A DNA stretch of 63,261 nt, filler included, from Candidatus Woesearchaeota archaeon (GCA_003650545.1; 3 parts of 3 records of this genome joined end to end with filler, not necessarily neighbours in it); one strand, 5' to 3'. Numbered from the whole stretch's first letter, positions 1-10,806 are shown. Notes: generated by a model from the letters alone, not told the origin. Made by a program: numbers and translations.

Positions 1-1
1 T

Positions 2-1432
2 AATATTAATGCAAGTTTATCTGGCTCTGTCATCAACATAACAGCAAAAGGAGACTGGTATGGTGTTGCTATGGTTACAGTTACAGCAGGTGATGGGGAG
101 TATAATGCAACCAACATCACAACTGTGACAGTATATAATGTGAATGATGCTCCTATATTTACTTCTACACCAATCTATTTTGTAAATGACAATGAAACAT
201 ACATATATGATGCTAATGCAACTGACATTGAAGGCGATAATCTAACATATTCTCTAATCTCGCCACCATCAGGAGCAAACATCAATAGCTCAACAGGTGT
301 TATGACTTGGAGTCCTGCAAAGTCCCAAACTGGTAATTTCACAATAACTATATTAGTAGATGATGGAAATGGCGGCAATACTACACAGTGCTACAATCTT
401 TCAGTAATAGACGTAACAGAGCCTGTTGTATCTATCATAGAACCAGAAAACATAACATATACAACAGTAAATATTCCGCTATCCTTTACAGTAGATGAAA
501 CAGCAAACATAAGCTACACTCTTGATGGAGGATCGAATATATCAGCGACCAACAACACTATAATAACAGTGATCACGGATGGACTACATAATATAACACT
601 TTATGCAAATGACAGTGCAGGTCTGATAGGTGTCTCATCAACAAGGTATTTTACTGTAAGTACAAGTAGTCAAATCTACGGAAATGTCACTTCTGGTGGC
701 TCTCCACTAAGTGGTGCAAGTGTCACTGTAAAATATGGCGCGTCTATAATTAATAGTACTACCACTGCTGCTGATGGTTCGTATAATGTGGTTGTTGCAG
801 CTGGAACATACGATGTAGTTATAACAAAATCAGGATATATAGATAATGTGACTACAGGCATCACAGTAACAAGTGGAACTCCTTATAACTTAAATGCTTC
901 ACTAACTGTTGTTTCAACAACAGGTACGCTATCTGGGTATATAAAAGATTCTAACAATACAATATACGGGGCAATCGTCACACTTAAACTTGGAGCATCT
1001 ACAGTAAATTCCACTACGAGTGACGAGAGTGGATATTATACTGTAAGTGCTAACGCAGGCACATATAACATAACTATTGTAAAGACTGGTTATGATACCT
1101 CAACTACAAACGATTATTCCCTTGCTTTAGGCAACACAGAACTAAACTTCACTATAATGCCTTCTAGCTCGGGTGTTGGAAGTGTAAGTGGTACTGTTTA
1201 TGAGAATGTAACATTTAGTAGTGTCGGTGGTGCAACAGTACTTGTTTATAAAACAGGGACATCTGATTTAGTACAAGTAGTTAATAGTGATGGTAGTGGC
1301 AACTTTATTGTGAATGGTCTTCCCCAAACAGACGCGTATGACTTCAGTGCGTACAATTCAACACACAGTAGCACGGTTAATCAGACAAACGTTGCAGTGC
1401 CAACATCAGGATTATCGCTGGTGATTGGATGA
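2..1432 (+). CDS. Cell-surface glycoprotein, 5'-truncated: cadherin/Ig-like (He_PIG) domain plus carboxypeptidase-regulatory-like (Cna-B type) repeats
   Basis: Frame is open from base 2 (NINASLSGSVINITAKGDWYGVAMV...), so the gene starts before the window. Motifs NVNDAPIF, ATDIEGDNLTYSL, INSSTGVMTWSP and repeated G-V...LSGA-V...TT..DG-Y...G-Y-V...K-GY units; many N-x-S/T sequons. Confidence 0.85.
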   Translation, partial: NINASLSGSVINITAKGDWYGVAMVTVTAGDGEYNATNITTVTVYNVNDAPIFTSTPIYFVNDNETYIYDANATDIEGDNLTYSLISPPSGANINSSTGVMTWSPAKSQTGNFTITILVDDGNGGNTTQCYNLSVIDVTEPVVSIIEPENITYTTVNIPLSFTVDETANISYTLDGGSNISATNNTIITVITDGLHNITLYANDSAGLIGVSSTRYFTVSTSSQIYGNVTSGGSPLSGASVTVKYGASIINSTTTAADGSYNVVVAAGTYDVVITKSGYIDNVTTGITVTSGTPYNLNASLTVVSTTGTLSGYIKDSNNTIYGAIVTLKLGASTVNSTTSDESGYYTVSANAGTYNITIVKTGYDTSTTNDYSLALGNTELNFTIMPSSSGVGSVSGTVYENVTFSSVGGATVLVYKTGTSDLVQVVNSDGSGNFIVNGLPQTDAYDFSAYNSTHSSTVNQTNVAVPTSGLSLVIG

Positions 1433-1441
1433 TCCAATAAA

Positions 1442-3199
1442 ATGAATAGAAAGATAGTAATACTTGGAATTATTGCATTGCTTTTCCTTATATTTACAGT
1501 AGCGCAAGCTTTGGCTGGTGAGAATATTTACGGTTATATCACGAATTCGTCAGGTGGTGGTGTTAGCAATGTTAATGTATCTATTTATAATAGCACATGG
1601 GTTAATCTGGGATGGAATCTGACTAATGCATCTGGCTTTTACAACATGAGTATAGACGTTCCTTTCTCAGGGGTATACAACTATTATTTGAACACAACCT
1701 TAGTGGGTTATGACAACAAAACAGGTACGCTGGTTATCACTGACGAAACAGATAAACAATTCAGCACAACATTAAACACAGCGCCACAGGGAAATATAAC
1801 TGGTCAGGTTACAAATGCGTCTAACAGTAATCCTATTAGCAATGTAAATATTCTTATTCAAGGTCCAATAACATACACAACAACAACTGACACAAACGGT
1901 TATTATTCGATCAATGTAACAACAGGAAATTATAACCTAACAGCTTCAAAGACAGGGTTTATTGAGAATGTTTCTGATATTTTCTCTGTAGGAACTAATT
2001 TCACTGTTGTGAATCTTAAACTGGCACTAGCGCCAACAACAGGCGTTGTTCAAGGTTATGTTGTAAACCAGACAGGAGCAACCATCTCAGGAGTAACAGT
2101 AATGCTCAAGACCTCAGATGGTACAGGCACAATAAATACAACAACATCTAATGCAAGTGGTGCGTACAATTTCACATACACAGGTGGTAACTATCAGCTT
2201 AATATTGCAGAAGCGAACTATTATGAAAACACAACAAGCATTACTATTACAAACGGTCAAATATTAAACCAAAACATAACCCTTACTGAAATTGGAACAA
2301 TACAAGGAACAGTTAGATCATCTGGCGGAAGTGCACTAAGTGGGGTTACAATCAGTGCAAATGGTCCTGTATTTAATAATACACTTACAGATGCCAATGG
2401 TACATATTCACTAATCCTACCTATAGGAACTTATACTATTAGAGCAGCCAAGTCAGGCTATGATGCTTCAACTACATCTGCTACTATAACACACGGAGTA
2501 ACAACTACACTTAACTTTATGCTATCTCCTTCAGATGGTGGTAGTGGAGGCGGTGGTGGGGGAGGATCCTTCTCAGAATATTATCCAATTCAACCAGTCG
2601 CAACTCAAACAAGCGAAACCGAAGGCATAATTTCATTAGATCTAAGTGCAGTAAAACGTTATGATTTTACGCTTGGAGCAAACCAAAAACTAGAGTTCAC
2701 GATAAAAGGTGATGCACATTCTATTAGTATAGCAGAGTTATTCAGTGATGGTGTAACATTAGTATTCAGCTCAGAACCTCAATCAATTACAATAAAACAA
2801 GGGGAAAGTGCCAGAGTCGATTTAAACAGAGATGGTATAACCGATATAATAGCCACTGTTAAAATGGTGAGAACATCAAGCATTGATCTAATAATCAAGC
2901 TGATTAATGAAGACAAATATGTTCCAATAGACAGCATTTCTACAATTGATGATGGCCAATTTAATGACTCACAAGTACAAGTTGTTGAACCTACGAATGA
3001 TAATAAAACTTCTGGAGACAATAAAGAAATTATAATTACTTCTGAAAAAAACAACTTAAGATACTTAGTCTATGCAATAATTTTAATAATAATCTCGTTG
3101 ATTGTATTTCTTGCAAGAAATTTGTTGAAACCAGTTCCAGTTGAAAACAGATCAAAAAAAAGAATGAAAACTAAAACTAGTAAAACTAGAAAAAAATAA
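1442..3199 (+). CDS. Membrane-anchored surface glycoprotein with ~4 carboxypeptidase-regulatory-like domains
   Basis: Signal peptide (MNRKIVILGIIALLFLIFTVAQA), repeated beta-sandwich units, poly-Gly linker, DLNRDGITD Ca-binding-like motif, C-terminal TM helix with Lys-rich tail; 9 nt after the previous gene. Confidence 0.85.
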   Translation: MNRKIVILGIIALLFLIFTVAQALAGENIYGYITNSSGGGVSNVNVSIYNSTWVNLGWNLTNASGFYNMSIDVPFSGVYNYYLNTTLVGYDNKTGTLVITDETDKQFSTTLNTAPQGNITGQVTNASNSNPISNVNILIQGPITYTTTTDTNGYYSINVTTGNYNLTASKTGFIENVSDIFSVGTNFTVVNLKLALAPTTGVVQGYVVNQTGATISGVTVMLKTSDGTGTINTTTSNASGAYNFTYTGGNYQLNIAEANYYENTTSITITNGQILNQNITLTEIGTIQGTVRSSGGSALSGVTISANGPVFNNTLTDANGTYSLILPIGTYTIRAAKSGYDASTTSATITHGVTTTLNFMLSPSDGGSGGGGGGGSFSEYYPIQPVATQTSETEGIISLDLSAVKRYDFTLGANQKLEFTIKGDAHSISIAELFSDGVTLVFSSEPQSITIKQGESARVDLNRDGITDIIATVKMVRTSSIDLIIKLINEDKYVPIDSISTIDDGQFNDSQVQVVEPTNDNKTSGDNKEIIITSEKNNLRYLVYAIILIIISLIVFLARNLLKPVPVENRSKKRMKTKTSKTRKK

Positions 3200-3254
3200 A
3201 AAAATTTCTAAAAACATAAAAGGAAGTAGAGGTAAATGAATAAGTAGAATTGCA

Positions 3255-3439
3255 AATAGATTAGTAAATAGTATTAGAGATGATGGATGAATAGGTTAGA
3301 GATAGATGAGATGGATTAGTTTATAGAGATAGATTAGAGATGATAGATGAATAGGTTAGAGATAGATGAGATAGATTAGTTTATAGAGATAGATTGGAGA
3401 TGATAGATGAATGGGTTAGAGATAGATTAGTAAATAGAT
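3255..3439. repeat. ~60-bp tandem repeat (~3 copies), cytosine-free on + strand
   Basis: Blocks starting 3301 and 3361 are near identical (gatagatgagat[g/a]gattagtttatagagatagatt[a/g]gagatgatagatgaat[a/g]ggttaga), with partial copies either side. Confidence 0.85.
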
Positions 3440-3578
3440 CTGTTTCACAACCGAACAATAAAAACATTCTTGATATTTTAGTATCTTCTTAACTACCACA
3501 AAGTTTATATACATGTTTATAATTCTTAAATACTAATTTACCGTATTTAACTTGTAGTGAAAAATTAAAAGGGGAGGT

Positions 3579-4583
3579 ATGATAAAGATGAGAATTAATC
3601 TCAATGTTATTACATCTATGTTAGTTATTCTATGTTTAATAGTAGTTGTTTTAGCAGGATGTACACAAAAAGTAAGCAACATAATAGTTACAGAACTTAA
3701 TGAATCTTCAGAAGAAGTAAAAGAGTCTGTGAACGCTTCTAAGGAAATAGTAGAAGACAAAAAAAAGATTCTTGAAGAAAACATCAAAAAATATCAAGAA
3801 GAGTTGCTCAAACGATATTATCAAAATTTAACAGAAGACCAAAAGCTCCCCACAATCAACGTATATGAGGGTGACACAGTCAAGATTAATCTCAAATCGC
3901 GTGATCCTGATGGCGATACTGTGAAATACCGCTTTGCCAGTCCCCTAAATGCAAATGGTGAGTGGAAAACTGAGCCAGGCGATGCTGGCAAATATATTGT
4001 TCAAATAAATGCAACTGATGGCGAGCTTGTAACAACAAAATATGTCGAGATCAATGTGATAAATCGCCCACCAGTGCTAAGAAAGATAAAGGATATTGTT
4101 GTTAAAGAAGGCGAGACAATAAGCTTTAAGCCAGATGTTATTGATCCAGAAAATCAGACATTATTTGTAACGTACTCTGGCTGGATGACGCAAGCTGAAT
4201 ACACGACAACATATGATGATGCTGGTGTCTATACAGTTACAGTTACAGCTAGCGATGGCAACAGTAAGGTTAGTCAAGATGTCAAAGTAACTGTAATTGA
4301 TGTGAACAGGCCGCCTGTACTAGAACCAATGGACAACATAACTGTAGAAGAAGGAGAAACTATCGTACTCCGGCCGGTTGTAAGTGACCCTGAGAATCAA
4401 ACAGTCACATTAAAATATTCGGGCTGGATGGATTCGGATACATACACAACAGACTATGAAGATGAAGGTAACTATAAAGTTACAATAACAGCTAGTGATG
4501 GTAATGCAACATCATCAATAGATGTTTATATAACTGTTCTTAACAAGAACAGGCCACCTGTATTCGAAATAGTGACTGAGTAA
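3579..4583 (+). CDS. Putative lipoprotein with three tandem Ig/PKD-like domains
   Basis: SD ggggagg; lipobox-like LAGC; three repeats N-RPPV...I-V-EGET...D-P-E/D...Y-V-VTASDG. Confidence 0.8.
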   Translation: MIKMRINLNVITSMLVILCLIVVVLAGCTQKVSNIIVTELNESSEEVKESVNASKEIVEDKKKILEENIKKYQEELLKRYYQNLTEDQKLPTINVYEGDTVKINLKSRDPDGDTVKYRFASPLNANGEWKTEPGDAGKYIVQINATDGELVTTKYVEINVINRPPVLRKIKDIVVKEGETISFKPDVIDPENQTLFVTYSGWMTQAEYTTTYDDAGVYTVTVTASDGNSKVSQDVKVTVIDVNRPPVLEPMDNITVEEGETIVLRPVVSDPENQTVTLKYSGWMDSDTYTTDYEDEGNYKVTITASDGNATSSIDVYITVLNKNRPPVFEIVTE

Positions 4584-5248
4584 CGGAATAAAGAACCTAA
4601 TGAAGAACTGAATTAAGAATATTTTTATTTTTTAGATTGTTTATTTTAAAATTGTTATAATTATTTATGTTATAATTGTTTATGTTTGATTGTTTATGTT
4701 ATAATTGTTTGTATTTTTATAATTCTAAGAGTATAACTAGAATATAATTTTCTTTAATAATTATAGAAATATAATATAGAAATATAATTGTATTTAAAAT
4801 TTAAAAAGTGATATAACATAATTATTTAACACAATTATTATAATTATTTTTTTGTTATAATAATTATTCTTTTTTGTGTGTTTAGTCTAAATTTTATGTA
4901 GTCTAACTTTAATCATATAATATCTAATTAATGTTCGTTCCTCCTTGTTCAATTTTACTTCTCACTTTCCACTTCATATTACTCACAATAAGTTATAAAT
5001 TTGAATTCTACTTTATGAATTATACCTTATGTGTAGTTTTATTAGTTTTATTCTGTGTTATGGTTATGTTATAGTGAGTTATATTATAGTTTTATATTAT
5101 AGCTATAATGGTATTTAAGTTATAGTGGTATTTATGTATGGTTTGTTTATAGCTTCTTCTAACATGGAATAATGATAGAATAAATAAAGGCTTCAATAAA
5201 TGCAAGCTTGGTAATTTTTTTCGAAATACAGATGTCTAAACTAGATGT

Positions 5249-6535
5249 CTAAAATTCGTCCAAGCTTCTCTGAGTTTTTAACAAACCTTTCTGCTTCTCT
5301 TTTCTTTGTTTTTCATCAACAATGGCTTCGTCTATTACTAATTTTCCATATTCTCCATCATAACCGGGTGTCACTTTTAGTTCACCAAAACGGTTCTTCA
5401 ATATTAGTTCAACTATCTTCTCATTTGTAGAAGAAAGCAGTTTTTCTTTAGGGACGGTCAATAAAATTTCATTCTCACTGCCAAGCTTTGTAATACTATA
5501 AAATTCTTTCCACACTGCTTGTGTAAATATCCCTTTATTTAAAACTGTAGAGATTATCTCTGACAAAGGTATTAAATGCTTAAAACCAACTGCATTCTTC
5601 GGCTTGAATCCTGCTGGACGATCTGCTAATTGCTCAACTCTATTCATTACCCCTAAAGTCAAAGGTTTCTTACATCTTGGACAAATGCCATCAAGTTTCA
5701 TGGATTCTCGTGGAGATAAAACAACCTTGCACTTACGATGTCCGTCATAGTGGTATTTTCCATAGTTCGGATCTGTTTCAATTGTATAGCTAATCTTATT
5801 TCTTTCACCCTTTGTGCGAAAAGCTTCTATTAAATTATTATAAGTTAAGTCCTTTAATTTAAAAACAGTCGCTTCTCTTCCAATACGCCAAGGCCAGAAG
5901 CTATGCATATCTGAAAAAGATACAAGATTTAAAGAATCTAGTTGACTTAAGCGCCAGTTCATCGCAGGGTCAGAGCTGAGCCCTGTTTCCAAAGCATGGA
6001 TGTTTTTTGTCTGATCTTGGAAGCAATCTTTTAAGCTATCAAAGCCAGAATTTGATCCGAACAGAGAGAACCATGGCGTCCATGCATGCGCTGGAAAAAC
6101 TTCTATCTTTGTATCAATATTCGTCATAGACTCGACGAACTCAGGACAAGGGATTTTGAATATCGGCCTACCATCATAGTCAACCCTACCCTTTGTCTTC
6201 AAGTAATCAGTTATCTGCTGTACAACCTCAAGATTTGGTGCAAGTACAACAAGATGGATGCGATAGCCACGCCTATCTTGTGAATAAATCAGACTAACTT
6301 CAGTCTGCAATACAAATGGAAATCCAGTTTTTGTTCTATATATGCCTGTGTTTTGTTCGTCTGTTAGATTCGCTTTAATCTCTTCAATCCACATAGGGTG
6401 TGTAAAATCTCCTGTACCAAGAAGATCTACTCCCTTTATCTTTGAATATTTTTCGAGATTCTCGATTGTTATCTGTGTGCTACATCCACGGCTATATCTA
6501 GAGTGAATGTGCAGATCTGCTATATAATCCCCCAT
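5249..6535 (-). CDS. endoQ: Endonuclease Q family (PHP domain + zinc finger, COG1379)
   Basis: DLHIHSRYS, GTGDFTHP, PAHAWTPWFS, ETGLSSDP, SDMHS, GKYHYDGHRKC...CPRC, PGYDGEYG. Confidence 0.88.
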   Translation of the reverse strand: MGDYIADLHIHSRYSRGCSTQITIENLEKYSKIKGVDLLGTGDFTHPMWIEEIKANLTDEQNTGIYRTKTGFPFVLQTEVSLIYSQDRRGYRIHLVVLAPNLEVVQQITDYLKTKGRVDYDGRPIFKIPCPEFVESMTNIDTKIEVFPAHAWTPWFSLFGSNSGFDSLKDCFQDQTKNIHALETGLSSDPAMNWRLSQLDSLNLVSFSDMHSFWPWRIGREATVFKLKDLTYNNLIEAFRTKGERNKISYTIETDPNYGKYHYDGHRKCKVVLSPRESMKLDGICPRCKKPLTLGVMNRVEQLADRPAGFKPKNAVGFKHLIPLSEIISTVLNKGIFTQAVWKEFYSITKLGSENEILLTVPKEKLLSSTNEKIVELILKNRFGELKVTPGYDGEYGKLVIDEAIVDEKQRKEKQKGLLKTQRSLDEF

Positions 6536-6914
6536 TTTAAATTAAACTTTTTCTTCTTATTTATATTTTTATTGATTAAAATGTTTTAAAACATTTACTA
6601 TACAGAAATATAAAAAAAATATTTACTATTACAAATAAAATATTTTCAACATTTTCAACCTTAAAATCAAGAAAACAAAATTAAAAAAGTGATATGACAC
6701 AATTAGAGATAATTAGATAAAGAAAGGATAAAGAAAGACTTCTATAACAAAAAATCTCAACTTTAATATCAAAATTAAAATAATTCTTTTTGTTAATTAT
6801 TTTTGGTTATAGTCACATAAAATGATGCGTTTAAATAAATTTAAAACTTAAAAAGCAAAACATATATAAAAACTAATAATTCTCTTACATTTATTATTCT
6901 ATCAAGGTGATATT

Positions 6915-7820
6915 ATGACTGAAAAAATGAGTAAGAAAGAACGCATGGAAGAGTTGAGGCGGAAGATACAGACACTAGAATGGGACGAAAAAATGGACCA
7001 ATTAAACGAGAGCAAAAAGTCATATTTGGATCAACTAAGAGAAGAGCTAAAAAATATTGAAACTGAGCTAAATGCACTTCCATCAGAGCCAGAAAAAGAG
7101 TCTTCTAAAAAACCCGAGTTCAAATTAATAAAAGAAGAGGTAGAACCAGAAGCAGAGCAAAAAGAGTTTGTGATGCCTGTTGGGCATGAAAAACCACAAG
7201 AGCGTAAATTTGAGGCAAAGGTTCCGCCAAAAGAAGAAGTTAGAGAAGAAAAATCTAAAAAAGAAGAACTTGTGCAACCTAAAGGTGGTGTTCCTGAGAT
7301 AGAGACTCTTAATGAGGACAATGAAGGAGAAGAAGAATCTGAGGCTAAAGAAGAGTCTGGAGAAGCAAGAGAGGAATCTAGAGAAGAGTCAGAAGAAGCA
7401 GGAGAAGAATCTAAAGAAGAGCTAGAGAAAGCAAAAGAGGAATCTAAAGAAGAGCTAGAGGAAGCAAAAGAGGAATCTAGAGAAGAGTCAGAGGAAGCAA
7501 GAGAGGAATCTAAAGAAGAGCTAGAGGAAGCAAAAGAGGAATCTAGAGAAGAGTCAGAGGAAGCAAAAGAGGAATCTAAAGAAGAACTAGAGGAAGCAAA
7601 AGAGGAATCTAGAGAAGAGTCAGAGGAAGCAAAAGAGGAATCTAGAGAAGAGTCAGAGGAAGCAAGAGAGGAATCTAAAGAGGAGTTAGAGGAAGCAAAA
7701 GAGGAATCTAGAGAAGAGTCAGAGGAAGCAAGAGAAGAATCTAAAGAAGAGCTAGAGGAAGCAAAAGAGGAATCTAGAGAAGAGTCAGAGGAAGCAAGAG
7801 AAGGGAAAGAAGGATTTTAG
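6915..7820 (+). CDS. Highly acidic hypothetical protein: N-terminal coiled coil plus 11-aa Glu-rich tandem repeats
   Basis: SD aggtga; 13 copies of EES(K/R)EE(L/S)EEA(K/R). Confidence 0.75.
   Translation: MTEKMSKKERMEELRRKIQTLEWDEKMDQLNESKKSYLDQLREELKNIETELNALPSEPEKESSKKPEFKLIKEEVEPEAEQKEFVMPVGHEKPQERKFEAKVPPKEEVREEKSKKEELVQPKGGVPEIETLNEDNEGEEESEAKEESGEAREESREESEEAGEESKEELEKAKEESKEELEEAKEESREESEEAREESKEELEEAKEESREESEEAKEESKEELEEAKEESREESEEAKEESREESEEAREESKEELEEAKEESREESEEAREESKEELEEAKEESREESEEAREGKEGF
7371..7799 (+). repeat. 33-bp coding tandem repeat, 13 units of two types
   Basis: Units gaggaatctaaagaagagctagaggaagcaaaa and gaggaatctagagaagagtcagaggaagcaa(a/g)a. Confidence 0.9.
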
Positions 7821-7831
7821 TATTTATTATT

Positions 7832-8122
7832 TTAATATTTATTCTTTGTTTGGAAATAGCTTATTGCAATTTGCATAATAACCTGTTTAGCATAGAAATT
7901 AACTTTATGATTATCTTGTTTATTGTTCCTAATATAATAAAATCCTGAATACAGTAAAATCGCTATAAGTGTTGTCGTAAAACAAATCTTTATCCCGTCA
8001 ATAATGCGATCCTTAATAATGGACCTAGTGGGATGAACAAAATCATCAATAGTTTGAGCAATCCCAATCACCTCTTTTTCTCTTGCTGCAAGATATATCT
8101 TGGTATATTGATCTGGCAACAT
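7832..8122 (-). CDS. Small hypothetical membrane protein
   Basis: 96-aa ORF with one hydrophobic helix; overlaps the 3' end of 8046-8645 by 77 nt, so the start is uncertain. Confidence 0.4.
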   Translation of the reverse strand: MLPDQYTKIYLAAREKEVIGIAQTIDDFVHPTRSIIKDRIIDGIKICFTTTLIAILLYSGFYYIRNNKQDNHKVNFYAKQVIMQIAISYFQTKNKY

Positions 8123-8645
8123 CTTGCGAAATCCCGTATTTATTTGATACTGCTATTATCTCTTCATTACTGTATTCGATTTTATCTCTGTTATCTCCGC
8201 AACAAACATTATTCACCTGATATGCTACTGTAGCTTCCTTGCCTAATAACCGATTAAGATTGCATCGTATCTTGCTAAAACTAGGCGAAGCACTCAAACT
8301 TAATAAAAGGGTTGCTGTCAATGCTAGCTTCGCCAGTGGTTTAGCAATTGAAGGGGTGTGTTCTTTGTGACGCCAGAACGTCTTAACAACACTATAGCCT
8401 AGAAATATTGTTCCTAGTGCAACACAAGGGGAAACACCGACATCTATTAACCTATAACCAAAATCACCAAAAATATTAATGAGTTCTGGTTCTATAGTGT
8501 CAACGTAATGTCCTGTATAAGTTGCGGCTTCAACTGCTTTTGTTGTCATTACACCCAAGATAGCAACAGGCACAACATAGACATTAGCGATTCTATGCAA
8601 TGCCTGTTGACTACCATAGACGATGTCCTCGAGACTATGTTTCAT
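8046..8645 (-). CDS. Hypothetical membrane protein
   Basis: 199 aa with ~3 hydrophobic segments; ATGA overlap with 8642-9166. Confidence 0.65.
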   Translation of the reverse strand: MKHSLEDIVYGSQQALHRIANVYVVPVAILGVMTTKAVEAATYTGHYVDTIEPELINIFGDFGYRLIDVGVSPCVALGTIFLGYSVVKTFWRHKEHTPSIAKPLAKLALTATLLLSLSASPSFSKIRCNLNRLLGKEATVAYQVNNVCCGDNRDKIEYSNEEIIAVSNKYGISQDVARSIYQDISCSKRKRGDWDCSNY

Positions 8646-9166
8646 TTTTTCTTTAAAATGTTGATCGTATAAACTGATCTGAGTTCGTCCAAACCGTAAA
8701 CTGAGAACATTTGTCCTTTGATGCTAGCAGCACAGTAGAGATTATTTTCTAAAGTCTTAACAGGCTTACAACTAGTGTGTATTTTGCGTTGAAATTGATC
8801 AAATGTATCAAGTTCGCAACTTTTTTCATTGCAGAGATCACGATTAAAGACATTATGATCAACAAAAAGTCCATCTTCATCTGTTTCATAACCTGGAGCA
8901 GAATGTTCATAACTGTAGTAACGATCTGCAATTAACCTTAAATTTTGCATGTTGCCTGTGTAAACTGTTATTGCTTTGTAGCTTGGGTTATGAGGATAGT
9001 ATGCTGTTAAAGCAATTTTTGCATCTAGGTTTTCACCATACCTATTTACTACACTGGTTCTTAAAGTGAATAACTTGGATTTTTCTGCTGCATAAGTAAC
9101 AGACATAGCTGTCAGAAATGTTCCTAAAAGGGCAGCAGATACTATTTTTTTTACACTCTGAAGCAT
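8642..9166 (-). CDS. Hypothetical secreted protein
   Basis: SD ggggtga; signal peptide (MLQSVKKIVSAALLGTFLTAMSVTYA); four Cys in the C-terminal half. Confidence 0.7.
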   Translation of the reverse strand: MLQSVKKIVSAALLGTFLTAMSVTYAAEKSKLFTLRTSVVNRYGENLDAKIALTAYYPHNPSYKAITVYTGNMQNLRLIADRYYSYEHSAPGYETDEDGLFVDHNVFNRDLCNEKSCELDTFDQFQRKIHTSCKPVKTLENNLYCAASIKGQMFSVYGLDELRSVYTINILKKK

Positions 9167-9499
9167 GTTATCACCCCACCCCTTTTTATTTTTTTATAGG
9201 TATGATTAAGTAACTAAAAAATATATATTTTTTTCTTATATTTCTTATATAATATATATTGTATATATGTGGAATGGGAAATTGGTATAGAAAAATATGA
9301 TAAAATCTTTAAAAAATATTTTCAAAAATAAGTTAAATTTAGAAATTAAGTTCAAATTAAGCCTCTTTACAGAAATTAAAATTAAATCAAGAGTTTAAAT
9401 CTATTAAAACGCAATGTTTATATATAACAATTGCTTTTTTAATCTAAAAGATATGTATTTTTTATAGAATAACCCGAAATAATAATTTGGGGGAATAAG

Positions 9500-10705
9500 A
9501 TGAAAAGAAGCAAATTGAAAATAATGTTAATAGCACCAATATTTCTACCAATTTCAAGAAACTTAACATATGGTGGGATCGAAAGAGTTATCAGTTTTCT
9601 TGATACTGAACTTATAAGAATGGATATGGAGTCTTATGTTGTTGCACCGAGTGATTCAGAGGTTTATGGTAAATTAATTCCAACACTTGAGAAACATGCT
9701 TGGGCTATAACAGGCTATACAATAAAATCAGATATATTTTCTGACCTTTATGAGAAGCATTACGAAACTGCTATCGATTATGCAATTGAAAATGGAATAG
9801 ATGTACTCCATGATCACACTGGAAAAATAATTGGCTCCAAAGCATATAAAATAAAAAAGCACCAAATAAATTTTCCTATACTAATAACATTACACGGATC
9901 AGCAAATAACGAAAAGATGGAAATCTATAGGGATTACAAAACACCAAACCAAAAAGTATTTTTTAATGCGATTAGCAAGTCACAAAAAAGATTGTTTTCT
10001 GAAATCGTGAGTGTCGACACTGTTATATACAATGGTCTTGATGTTGAGAACTATCCATACTCTGAACAAAAAATGCCCTTCCTTTTATCATTGGGAAGAC
10101 TCTCCCAGAAAAAAGGCCAGGACTTGGCAATAAGAACTGCAAAAGAACTTGGTATGAAGCTTGTTATAGCTGGAAATGTTCACGAAGCAGATAAAGAATT
10201 TTATGCAGAAGAGATAAGGCCGCACTTAGACATGATACTTGATGAGATTCCTTACTCCTCCAAATGGTTTGAGGGATATATTTTGCCAGCTCTAAAAGAA
10301 GGACAAATAATTCATACAGGCGGAGTTAACGATGCTCAAAAAAAGGAACTATACAAACATGCACAATGTTTCTTGATGCCAATCAGATGGGATGAACCGT
10401 TTGGTCTTGTTATGATTGAAGCATTAGCATGTGGTACTCCGGTTGTTGCAATAAACCGCGGTTCTGTTCCAGAAATTGTCGAGCATGGCTTTAATGGCTA
10501 TGTCGTACAAGACTCTGCAGACCTTGCAAATCACATAAGGCAGTTGAACAACATTAACCCGAGAAATTGCCGTAACACTGTTGAGACCAAATTCTCGACT
10601 GTAACTAATGCAGAATCTTATGTTAGTTTATATAACAGAATTATTTCTACATATAACGCAAGAAAAATGACAGAAAATGCCCTCTTAAATCCTAGGCAAT
10701 TGTAA
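9500..10705 (+). CDS. Glycosyltransferase family 4 (GT-B)
   Basis: YGGIERV, GRLSQKKG, WDEPFGLVMIEALACGTPVVA...GSVPEIV. Confidence 0.93.
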   Translation: MKRSKLKIMLIAPIFLPISRNLTYGGIERVISFLDTELIRMDMESYVVAPSDSEVYGKLIPTLEKHAWAITGYTIKSDIFSDLYEKHYETAIDYAIENGIDVLHDHTGKIIGSKAYKIKKHQINFPILITLHGSANNEKMEIYRDYKTPNQKVFFNAISKSQKRLFSEIVSVDTVIYNGLDVENYPYSEQKMPFLLSLGRLSQKKGQDLAIRTAKELGMKLVIAGNVHEADKEFYAEEIRPHLDMILDEIPYSSKWFEGYILPALKEGQIIHTGGVNDAQKKELYKHAQCFLMPIRWDEPFGLVMIEALACGTPVVAINRGSVPEIVEHGFNGYVVQDSADLANHIRQLNNINPRNCRNTVETKFSTVTNAESYVSLYNRIISTYNARKMTENALLNPRQL

Positions 10706-10746
10706 TAGTAGCAATAGTTAAATTAAAAAATGGTGGTTCATATCTT

Positions 10747-10801
10747 AAAATGAATTCAAAAATGAATTAAAATGAACTCCAAATGAACTCAAAATGAGGT
10801 C
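10747..10801 (+). repeat. 11-12-bp tandem repeat aaaatgaa(t/c)tc x5 just upstream of a start codon
   Basis: aaaatgaattc aaaaatgaatt aaaatgaactc caaatgaactc aaaatgaggtc; the last copy carries the GAGG SD. Confidence 0.75.
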
Positions 10802-10806
10802 AAACC

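Noticed and set aside
4590..5240. Long AT-rich region as replication origin
   Set aside because: No ORB-like repeats and no adjacent cdc6/orc1; it lies between convergent genes.
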